From positions 9,534,898 to 9,598,897 of the forward strand of contig MU054212.1 in assembly GCA_013239625.1 (NCBI GenBank): a stretch of DNA of 64,000 bases. Reading direction: 5' to 3'. The notes below the pieces were generated by a model. The model ran no database searches and was not told where the DNA came from. It saw only the letters and a program-made list of their open reading frames with translations. The DNA comes from Lama guanicoe. Its lineage: Eukaryota. Made by a program: the position numbers and the translations under genes. This document shows, piece by piece, positions 1 through 10,295 of the stretch (position 1 is the first letter of the stretch; each line of letters begins with the position of its first letter).

Positions 1-1104
1 CCCTCACTCTCCCTATGTGGTGGCTGTTTCTCTTATTTTAACTCCGCCCCAGAAACTGCCTCTACCTGCCTCTTTTCTCTTTCTCCTTCCTGCCTTTGCT
101 CACATTTGCTCTTGCAGCCACAAGTCATCAAAGATGGGAAAAGATGTGTGTGTACTCAAGAGTGCACGCATGTCAGCTCAGATGGGACTGGTCAGAGCTG
201 GGCCCAGGGCAACACCACAAACATCTGTATTCATCTATATGCCAGGATAGGAAAGTTTCCTGATCTTCCATAGTCGGAGATCAATGTGAGTCATCTTTCC
301 ACCACCCACCTCACTCCTCCTGGCCCATCCCTTCCCCATCAGATTTCTATGTCTGATGAGTACAGTCAAGCTGTTAGCAGAGCAGTTTTCAAATGTGTGA
401 ATGGTGCATCTGTTACACTGCTCTCCCCCAGATTAAAAAGCGTGGGTGAACTAAAAGCCTCTCCCTCTCTCTCAGGACGGGATAGCCTAACTGTGGGTGA
501 CAGTCCCCCCTCCAAAAAAACCCCAAATGTGAGCAAAGTGGGGAAAAGATGGGATAAAGATAAAAGGGGCTGGAGGTGCTGTCTAGGGTGGAGATGTAAA
601 GGGAGGGAGAGAAGGTCCTGGATGAGAGAAGCAGCCAAGCCTTCAAGATGAGTTTCTGGAAACTTGGGGGTTGGGAAGGACTGCAGTCTCCATGAACTTC
701 TCTCCCTGAACTAGTTTTGTTAAACTCGCTAGCAGTCAAGGCAGTGAGCCTCTCCCCCACTGGCCCCCCTTGGGGCACCATCTCCCATGTTTACGGTTCC
801 CAGGACTGTGTCCCTTCTCCCAGAGCCCCCTGTCCCATTCCTCCCGCTCCTGAGAAGGTTCCTGCCTCCCAGACTGTGGGGCTGTGCAGGTAGAATGCCT
901 TCCTGGTGGCCCTCCAGCCCTTCTCCCATTTGTGCTGCACACAAGGCCTCCAGAAGATTCTGTTCATGCTTATAAAGAGCACGTGGGGTGAGAGCGTGAT
1001 GGGTTCACTGTAACAAGGACCACATTTGCAGCAAAATGGCCCCTCCTTTGGGAAATAAAGGCACCTCTTGAGGTCTACTCTGGCCAGATCCCTCACACAG
1101 ACCA

Positions 1105-1220
1105 TCTCACGTAACCCTCACAGCATCACTGAAAGATGAGCGCTGAAATCCCCATTCCACAAATGGGAACACTGAGGCCCTAAGAGTAAATGGCTTGCCC
1201 ATGAGTGAGAGCTGGGGACA
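1105..1220 (-). mobile_element. MIR SINE fragment
   Basis: ccccattccacaaatgggaacactgaggccc...tggcttgccc resembles the reverse MIR core. Confidence 0.65.
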
Positions 1221-2212
1221 GCTGCACAGACTCGCTGCCTGAGTGAGTGAGGGAAACCCAGAGGGTTAAGGAGGAGCCGCTGGGCTGGCCAGCTTGGTGG
1301 GAGCCTGTTCCTTCTCAGGGCAGGTGGATGCCCAGCGCTAGACATTTGCTCAGGAAGAAAGAACCAGCGTAGAGACATACAGAGAAGGACTTCCAGAAAA
1401 AGCAGGGCAAAAATCTTTGCTGGAGAACTTGAATGAGCTAATGGCAAGGGTAGTCTGAGGCTGACTCCCGAGAATGGCAGCAGGAATGCAGGGGGACATG
1501 GCTGCAGACTGAGCCTGCTCCAGCCGCAGGGTCCCAGCATGTTCTGGGCTCTTCGCAGTTCTCCTCTGGCTTATGCAACATCCGAGGCTTACTTAAAAAG
1601 CAAACGCAGCTGATCTCCAGTTTTGTTGCTCTACATACCTAACTGTAATTCGTCGGAAGAAACAGTGGTCAAACAGTAGAGGGGTGCAACCCAATCTTTG
1701 CCTTTTGCCTTGTTTCCCCGTCCCCCAGAGAAATGAGCCACTAGGGCAACTCTGTGCCACTGAAGTACCACTGTGGCAGCGACCAGAGGGGAAGGGATAG
1801 TGTGCAAAGATCTTGACTGCCTTGGGGAACATGCTTTACACCCTGAAGCCCTTCACAGTCCTGGAAAGCTGGTTTCCAAACTGGAGTCTCCTTAGCATGA
1901 GCTTCCTGGTGCTTCTACACTCTTGTACCTGCTCCCCAAGGGGTGAGCTGGGTTCTCTGGCCGAAGCAGAATCCTACTCTGTTCTCCCAGCCCCGGTACC
2001 TGGGAGGCAACCTGGAGATACAGAGCTTCTGGCAGACTTGTCTCTGGTTCCATGTAGGACTCTCTGGGGACTGGCCTCCTCAATCCTGGGAGACTCACAA
2101 GTGGGCCTGGCCCCAGAAAGAAGCTCTCATAGAGACAGAAGAGGAGATGGGAGAGGGGCTGAGGACGAGTGGAGGGGAGAGGTGTGAGGATAAGGTGGGA
2201 TTCCAGGAAGTC

Positions 2213-2396
2213 TGAAGCAAATCAAAACTCAAGATGCCCAGTTACATTGGAATTTCAGATAAACAATAACTGCTTTTTTTAGTATAAGTATATCCTCAAT
2301 ACTGCATGGGACATATTACACTAGTATTTGGGACATACTCACGCTAAAAATGTATCCATTGTTTATCGGAAATTTCAATTTCACCGGGCATCCTGT
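2213..2396. mobile_element. MER53 palindromic non-autonomous DNA transposon
   Basis: Arms gatgcccagttacattggaatttcagataaacaa and ttgtttatcggaaatttcaatttcaccgggcatc form an inverted repeat. The centre agtataagta...gggacatact matches the MER53 consensus as I recall it. Confidence 0.8.
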
Positions 2397-3467
2397 GCAT
2401 CCCATGGTTTCTCTGACAAGCATACTCCTAGGTCCTCTTGAGTCCTCTGTCTCTCTCCTAACACCTGCCATCAGGAGAATTTCCCCAAAGTACCTTCATC
2501 CGGTCACTCCCACCATCTTACACCGCCTACCACACTACATGAAGCATCCTCACCTCAATGGTGGAAACCCTCCCCAGCACAGACCCGCCCTCACAGCTCG
2601 TCTCCGCAGAACCCTCTTTTCTCCCCAAAGCCTCCTGTTTCCTCATCCACTGACCTTGGACTCTTTGCATCCCAGCCCCCATGCCCTCATCCATTCTTTG
2701 CCCCTACCTGGAATTCCCTCCCCTTCCTTTGTCTATTTATATCCCCCTGTCTTTCTCATTCCTCCATTACTTGGTGCCTCGCAGATTTCACTGTTTGTGA
2801 ATAGACGAGATTTTCATCTATGCTCAGACCTGAGGCTTCCTGAGGGCAGGGACCAGTTTCCTCTTCCTGATTCCTCAACAATTCGGCTCTGGTGGCCTGA
2901 AGGGGTGGGCCGGGGGAGGAGGGTTCGCTGGATGGCAAGAGGGGAGCAAAGAGCAGGGTAGACAGAGAAGGGGGGCGGGGCAGAAAAGGGAGGTAGACAG
3001 AGGAAGCCAAGGGGCAGGCATAGGGGCCTCAGCTGGGCAGACACCCCACCCCAAGGGTCATGCTCAGTTTTTACCTCGGGGCCACTCTGACCTTGAGACC
3101 AGAGTGGTGCCGGGAGAATGGGTATGGCCAGGCTCTGCTCCCTACCCATCCACCCCTGCCCTGGGTGGATCCCTTCCCCTTCTCAGCTGGTTAGAATTGA
3201 GCTTTGGGGCTGGGAGGGAAGACTATCTCTTGGACTGGGACAGGGGAGCTGGGGGAATGGGTGGGAGTGGGCAGGGAAAGCCGAGAAGCCGAAAGAACAG
3301 AAGAGAGAAGAGGGGTGAGAGATGGAGGCTGGAGGCTGGGCCACAGGGAGCACTTGGGGGTAGGGGGCGATGTGAAGGAGCAGGTTAAAAGCAGTTGGAC
3401 ACCGATAAATTGGTGCGAGCACCGCCCTGTCCTAGGTGAAGCTAGTTGGTTTGTTATCTTTACCCAC

Positions 3468-3611
3468 CAAAGCATTTACTTTGGTTAGTCGCCCGATCCA
3501 CAAACACTTTCGAGGAGATGACATTACCGAAAGGGAGGAACATCTGCATCAGCTCAGCGTCCCCAAACACCTTGGGCAGATGGTAGATGAACAGGTTACA
3601 GCCCTCGGGCC
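3468..3611 (-). CDS. CELF4: CELF4 exon 11, long form (144 nt): (G)[47 protein letters not shown](G), first part of RRM3. The short form ends at 3528 (84 nt).
   Basis: Acceptor cgcAG|GG next to an N gap; donors TTCG|GTAATG (3528) and TTTG|GTGGGT (3468); within ORF 3460..3819. Confidence 0.94.
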
Positions 3612-3619
3612 CTGCGGTG

Positions 3620-3630
3620 NNNNNNNNNNN
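3620..3630. other. Assembly gap (11 N) in the exon 11 polypyrimidine tract
   Basis: N run in the sequence. Confidence 0.99.
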
Positions 3631-3789
3631 GGAGGAGGGATGGCGGGGTGGGGGAAGAGAGAGACAGAGGAGAGGTGAGCGAGTTAGGCAGCGGCAGCAG
3701 GGAGGGGTGGGGGCAAGGTTAGGAGGGGGAGTCTCATCCAAGATCCAAAGGTGGCCATGGAAAAGGGGGGTTGCTGAGCCCCAGATATG

Positions 3790-3890
3790 AGCTCTGGTCT
3801 CTGCTCTGCCCTTGGGCAAGTCACTGAACCTCTCTGCACCTCAGTGGCCCTTTCTGCAAAACGGATCCATTTAACAGGGTGCCTGGCAAC
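3790..3890 (+). mobile_element. MIR SINE fragment
   Basis: cttgggcaagtcactgaacctctctgcacctcagt is the MIR core. Confidence 0.7.
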
Positions 3891-4344
3891 TTGAGGGCTC
3901 CAGGGGTAGAGTCAACCAGTGAATGGGGTGAACATGCCAAGATCTGATTAGTCGTGGAGGTGAGATGCTGAGAGGAGGCAGGGGGACGGAGACCTGCCCA
4001 GTCCAGATTCAGGGGAGGACGGAGGGAGCTGCCCTGGGGCAGCCATGCCCCTGGAAGACTCACCTTACCTCCCACAGGCAGGCCACTGGGGCCCGGAATC
4101 CCCATCCTCCTCCCTGACCTGCAGCCACTCCTTCCTACCTGGTCCCCAATGGCCCTCCCCTCCTCCCTCGCCCTGAACCTTAAACTCAGCCCTGATCTTG
4201 AGAGCAAAAATCAAAATTTATACCGCCTCCTCCAGCAAGCTAGGTGAGCAGAAAGGGCTTCCCAGCAAGGCTCCGTGATGGGATACCCACGGGCCAGGAC
4301 ACCCACAAGCCTCATCGTATGAAAGGCTCCCCATTTCATTACAA

Positions 4345-4590
4345 CAGTAACAGTCCAGCCACTTCTGTAGCATGAACTGCATGTCAGGCTGTTCCACACA
4401 TTTGACATGTATGTTAAGGCACTTAATCCTTACAGCAGCCCTGAGGCAAGTACTGTTGTCACCCTCACTTCACAGATGAGAACACTGAGGCCCAGAGAGG
4501 TTAAGCCACGTGCCAAGTCACACAGCTAGTGGTGATGGAGCCAGGATATGAACCCAGACCCAGGCCGTCTGCCTCCGTAGTCTGTGCCCT
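4345..4590 (-). mobile_element. MIR SINE, near full length
   Basis: ttaatccttacagcagccctgagg...cacagatgagaacactgaggcccagagaggttaag...agtcacacagctagt...ggagccaggatatgaaccca. Confidence 0.85.
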
Positions 4591-6946
4591 CCTCTCCCTG
4601 TATCTATCATAAATCTCAGTGCCCCACAAACCCTGAACACTGGTGAGGTGTTTGGATTTCTGAAATTTCCAGACAGCTAAAGATTTACATTTTTCTTTTC
4701 AAATGACCAAAACATTCAGTTTTAATGCTTTGAAAGGGAACTCTCTTCAAGATGCTTCGTCTTTTTCTTGTCATCTAAAATAGACTATGCCATATATAAC
4801 TTAGCCTTTTAAAGTGGGGTCATTTCAATGTTTGTTTCCAACCCATGGAGGACATGCGGAGAAAAGACCTGCACTTGCTAAGAGCTGGGTAAGAACTGAA
4901 GTTCTGATCAGAGGCTGGTGGAAACTAAGCAGGACCTTAAAAGGAAAGGCTGTCAGGCACTGACGTGGGCTGATGTGTGGCTTTCACAGCCAGATCCTGG
5001 CTCTCTGTGACGCGCGAGGCTGCCAGATAACCCAGTTCTGGAGCAAAGTGCCAGCTCCGGAGTCTCCCTGTCCTTTTTTCCCTCTCCTGTCCCCTCCGAG
5101 CTCTCCTAACTTCCTCCCTCCATCTATCTCCACCCCCTTGAGGGTCACAGCTGATCTCTAGGAGTCCTCTAACCACCAAAGCCGGTCCTCGGTCCTGGTC
5201 CTGGTCCCTGCCCTGCACCGCCAGCCCATCCCCGCCCTCCGGCCTCCCCTCCCTGGACTGCTGGCTCTGCCAGCGGACGGCGCTTTCAGAACCGGCGCAA
5301 GCATGCTCCCTCACCCACTTCCGGGGTCCCGCTGCTGGATTCCCCATGCTCTGGTGGCCCTCCCCTCACCCATCCCCTCCAACCATGGCATGTTCCCACT
5401 GACTCATACACTGAACGTGTCCTTTGGCGGTCCCCAACTAGACGTGTCCCCTTCGGACAGGAACCAGTTTGAAGGCCTAATCTAAGCTGCACCTCCTCCA
5501 GGACCCCCACCCGGCTCCTCCCCACATCCCTTCCCTTCTGGGGCTCCCTGAGTCCACAGCCCGCACTGCAGTCTGAGGTTCTTTCTCCTGTACAACTGGG
5601 AGGTTTTCTCTCCAGCCAGAAGGGGGCACTCTCTAGGAGTAGGGCATTTGCCTTTCCCCCATCCTCCTACTCCCCTTCCCCAGCACATGCCTTCCCACCT
5701 CCTCCCATCCTTACTCTTTTCTCCCAGGCTTCCCGGAGCCCTCCAGCCCACGCTGACACTTGCCTTGAACGTGGGACCCTCCCTACAAGTTCAGGTTCTG
5801 CATGCTGCTTTGTGTGGATGTTACTTCTGTTCTCCTTAAAGAGACAAGGAGTCTTCAAGGGCAGAGCCACTGAGCTCAGTCCCACCAGCAGGGCGTGTGG
5901 CTGAGCCCCACAGGGGTGGCTCTCCTAGCCCCAACCTACTCCCCTGCCCCTCCCCCTCAACAGCGAGTCTACACACTGTCCTGCTCCAGCTAACCCGGAG
6001 CCCTCAGCGCACTCCCTAATTCACAGATTATAGAGCATCCAGATGGCACAACCGCAGGACTTCGGATATCAATCTGGTCCAACCCAGCCTTCTGAGAAGT
6101 GGTGAAACGGAGCTCCAGAGACAGGAAGTGACTGCCCTGGATCACGCCGCAGCCCTGGACACAGTAATCTGGGCTCGTCTGTGGGCAGACAGCCTCGGGG
6201 GGCTACAGGCAACTGTCTCCAGGCTCAGCTCAAAGACAAAGGAGCTGGAGGAAAGGTCCTGCCCAGCAACCATTGGGTCCTGGTATTTCAATGGCATGAC
6301 ACGAGGGGAGATGACCATGGTGGAAGGGGGCCAACCACTGCCATGGCTGGAGGAACACAGCCTCCCGCAACCCAGGACACAGCTTTGGTCTGGCTTCAAC
6401 CCACCCTCTGCCCGTCTCCCCCCATTTCCAGGCTCACCTCATACTGGGCAGCACCCCTCCCTTTGCTCCTGCTGTTCTCCCCGCCTCCGATACCCACCTC
6501 CCCATCTCTGCGTACTGAAGACCTCATCCTTCAGGACCCCAAAGCCTTCCCTGACGACCCCACTCCCACTGCCCTGAGCTTGCCCTTGTGAGCAGCAGGC
6601 TTCTACAGGTATCTGGGTTCACATCTCACCCCTCCCCATGCCCTGCTCTCCCGGGGTACCGCAGTCAGGGAGAATGGGGGCAAGGGTGGACGATCCCCCT
6701 GCCGGAGGGGAGGCTGGAGTAGGGGGACTGGCCAGTCAGTCTGCTCTAGGGAGCAGGGCAAGGGGGAGGGGGAACTGAAGCTGCTCAGAGATGGAGAGAA
6801 GGTATTTGAAAGAGTTCAGAGCTAGACACGTGAGCTGGTATGAAGTGTGACGTGGGGGAGGGGCAGGGAGCAGATGGAGAGACTGGGTTTAAGGCCAGTG
6901 GTAGGGGCTATCACGTGTGTTGATCAGAGCAGCACTGACCTGCAGA

Positions 6947-6966
6947 GGTGTGTGTGTGTGTGTGTG
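6947..6966. repeat. (GT)n microsatellite
   Basis: Run of gt dinucleotides. Confidence 0.85.
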
Positions 6967-8551
6967 GCAGGGTTTAGAGACCCCTAAGCCCACGGGCCAG
7001 AGTGACGCAGGGCTCTGACTATGAGGTGGGGGGGTGGCCTGAAGCCAGTGGGGTGACAAAAGCAGTGAGGGCCCATGGGGACAACTCTCCGTCCTGGGCC
7101 TGAGATGGGCAACGCTGGGACTCCTGGACCCCACCTCTTGTGCTGGAAGGCATGGACTGGGGGGAGGAGGGCGGGGCAGAGCAGGCTCCAGGGCCACAGC
7201 CCAGGGAGGCGACCCTCTGGTGGAGGCAGGGCTGACGGACCATCCCCCACCCCCACTTCACCAATGGCCCCAGGTGTGACCCGGAGCTGCTGCAGGGTGT
7301 GACTGCAGGAACAAGCAGGGGGCCCCAATGTGCACCCCTCCGGGTTCCTGTAATTTGGTCCTCATGGGCCCAGGGACGTGATGACATGGGTCTCAGGAGC
7401 TGCCCAGTGCCTGTGAACTAAGGTGAGCCTTAGTCCACCTTCGGAGGGGGAGAAAAAGTGGGGAGGGGAGGGCCGCGCGCAGTGAGAAGTCCGTAGGCAC
7501 TTGGTGCAGTTGGGAAGACAGACCTGAGCTAGTTTGACCCTCATACGCTCTGGGGACTGATCATCACTGTCCTATTTCCCAGGTGAGGACACCAAGGCTG
7601 AGAGAGGAGAGGCCAGGCTGGGAGGCAGACCCAGGGGGCTTTGCTTCAAAGACCAGGCTCTCAGCTGTCCAGGCTCTGGGGCCTGTTTGGGGCCTGACTC
7701 CAGGGGTTTGGACCAGCAGACCCCTGGGGTCCTTTCCAGGACTAGCCTACATCCCACAGCTCAGGGACGGTCTGCTGCAGGGGCTTGGAGCCAGCCACCT
7801 AGAGACCACTGGAACCCCCAGGCCACGTGGGCTACCAGGACAGGTGTGGGGGCCTCACAGGCAGGATGACCCTTTTCATGGGGGGGGCACAGGACCCTAT
7901 CAAACAGAGCTTCGCGAGCATCCCTGCATCCCCGAGTGTGGGCTTGTTTACCCAGCTCCTGCGGGGCTCCGGGCTCTGGGGTAGGAGGACTCTCAGCACC
8001 TTTAGGACGGTCCGTCCTCCCTTGCTGGCCCACCCTGTTCACACTGGGGCCTCTGGACGTGGCTTTCCAGGTCCCCTTCTTTCTCTAGGCCTAGCCTGGG
8101 GCACTCCCATCCCCTCACCAGCATTAGAGTGCTTCCCTGGGAGCTCCAGCTGACTCCTCCACTCACCAGAGGGAAGAACTTCTGTCCATGATGAACTGGT
8201 CTCCCTTCTCCCACCCACCACCCCAGCCACGAGCATCCCATTTCTCCTCTTCCTTTCCATTGGACAAATGCTGCCCGTTGCGGGAGGATAGATTCTCGGA
8301 CCCCATCTCCTCTGGGGGCCCACCTTCCTGACCTCCCTCCACCCCAGTCTGCAGAGCCGCCCATGACAGCGCACCTCTGCACTTGGATTGCAGAGCGCGG
8401 CCTCTCACAATCCTGCAGCCTCCCCTCACTCTCAATACCACGCACAGACGTGGTCACCTTGCAAACAGAACCCCCCAGCCAAAGGCCCAGGTGAGCAGCT
8501 TCTCTGGGGAGAGAACGGGGAGGGGCCTGGGAGCCCGGTTTACAGACTCAC

Positions 8552-8635
8552 CTTCTCTCTGTTGCTGGGGGATCATTGGAGGTGGCTGAGGAAAGGCCTG
8601 GCTTATCTGACCATAGGCAGCAGGGTAGGCGGCTG
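8552..8635 (-). CDS. CELF4: CELF4 exon 10 (84 nt, or 81 nt if it starts at 8632): (P)[27 protein letters not shown](G)
   Basis: Translated by hand. Acceptor ctccAG|CAG|CC (NAGNAG) after a long pyrimidine tract; donor GAAG|GTGAGT. Confidence 0.95.
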
Positions 8636-8846
8636 CTGGAGGGCCAGAGAGAAGAGACGGGAGCGAGAGATGGTGACAGTGACATGGAGAGAGACAGGGT
8701 GAGAGGCAGGAAGAAAGAGAGAAATTTCAGTGTTGAGTAGTAAAAGCAGACCAGCCAAAAAATGCATTTCAGCTCAGTCTCTTAAGATAGAGCCAGTTTT
8801 CATCAGTCACGACGGACGAGCAGCACACGGAAGATTAGAAGGAGGG

Positions 8847-8886
8847 GTATGTGTGTGTGTGTGTGCGCGCGCGTGCTGGTGTGTGC
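8847..8886. repeat. Compound (GT)n(GC)n microsatellite
   Basis: gtatgtgtgtgtgtgtgtgcgcgcgcgtgctggtgtgtgc. Confidence 0.85.
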
Positions 8887-9452
8887 ATGGGGGAGGCGAG
8901 TTTAATCTGCAACAATGGACAATCCACATGTGCGGATAATCCACAAGAACGGATAATTAAAAGCATCAGAATGCCCTGGACACGATGGTCCCACACCACC
9001 TGGAACCCCCAAGGTATTCCCCTTCTCTGAGCCACGGTGGACTCTGGCACCCATGCCCTCACCCCTACTCAGAGGGCGCCTGTGTGGGAGGTGGGGGGCC
9101 ATCCGAGGTGGGGGCTTGGCCTTTGGATCCTGCCAGTGGGGGGTCCCCAGGGGCTGAGGACTGGGTTGAACAAATCTGATGCTTTGTATATTTAATGGGA
9201 AAGGGCCAGAGGTGGGACAGGAATGGGGAGCCCCCTCCTCCGCCTGGCCTGGCTCCCAGAGGGGCTCAAGGGAGCTCAGCAGGTGAGACAGACAGCTTCC
9301 CCAGATGTGAGAGGTCAGCTTCATCTGGGTCCCTATGGTGCCAAGCAGCCCCATCACCCTTAGGGGAGACGTTGCTGGCTCTTCTAAACACAGTGAGGAA
9401 GGACCCTGACCTGGCCAGACAGCAGGACATTGGCTGAACGGGGATGACTGTG

Positions 9453-9499
9453 GTGTGTGTGTGTGTGTGTGAGCGCGCATGCGAGCGCGTGCACGGGTG
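9453..9499. repeat. Compound (GT)n/(GC)-rich microsatellite
   Basis: gtgtgtgtgtgtgtgtgtgagcgcgcatgcgagcgcgtgcacgggtgt. Confidence 0.85.
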
Positions 9500-10229
9500 T
9501 TGCCCAGCCCAGGGGAGGAAGAGGAGCCTGGCCGACAGCTGGCCTTGGACTTCCTACAGCAGCTCATCACCATCCCATTCAGTGATCCCAGGCCATCTGC
9601 TCGCTCAGGGCTGTCTCTTCTTGCTTTTCTTTTTTTTTTTCTACCTCTGGCTGCCTGTCGTCCCTGGTTCCCTGTCAACCTTGTTTGGGCCCCAGCCCAG
9701 ATGCCTGTGTATGTCCAGCGGGAACGGAGATGGAAACTGCTTCCCTTCCCTCAAACCCAGCATCTGTGCTTCCTGGACCGGTGGCTGTGGACTGCGAGGG
9801 CAGCACCCCAGCTCCGGCCTCACCCCAGTGCTGCTGGAAGGCTTGGGAATCCTGGACGAACCAGCCGTGGCAGCACCACAGGGGAAGGAAACCTCGCGTC
9901 AAGCATGAGTCATTTCACAGCAAGGTTAAAGCTTAGCCTGGCTCACCAGCTCATCCAAAGTTCTGACCATCCACCACTGCCATGATGGCTGAGTTCTGCC
10001 TGATCGCCAGGGGGCGCCAGAGAGAGGGAGGCAGCCTGGCATGGCGGGGGTGGTGGCCTCTGTCAGTAAAACCCTTCCTCGGACTACTCCGGCTCCCTGG
10101 CAGTCCCTCCCTGCTCCCCCCTCCCACACAGTGCTGGGCGCAGGCCTGGGTGCAGAGGGGGCACCAGCGCCCAGGCATGGGGAGGCGCACGCAGCCAGGG
10201 GACGCCGGTGGGGACGCGCGGATACTAAC

Positions 10230-10295
10230 GACCTGCATACTGCTGCACTCCAGCGTAGGCCTGCTGCAGGGGGTCCGCGGCGGTGGGGCTCTGCG
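10230..10295 (-). CDS. CELF4: CELF4 exon 9 (66 nt, or 63 nt if it ends at 10233): (A)QSPTAADPLQQAYAGVQQYAG(P)
   Basis: Translated by hand (not in the ORF track). Acceptor cccctgcAG|CG; tandem donors CAG|GTC|GTTAGT. Confidence 0.93.

Noticed and set aside
1..3360. Search for the next coding exon (GFVSFDNP...KRLKVQLKRPK)
   Set aside because: Not found. It most likely lies beyond position 1, so this is not evidence of gene truncation.
10223..10253. Perfect TACTAAC followed by a CAG about 24 nt later on the + strand (possible antisense 3' splice site)
   Set aside because: It is the reverse complement of the exon 9 donor GTTAGTA, and there is no polypyrimidine tract.
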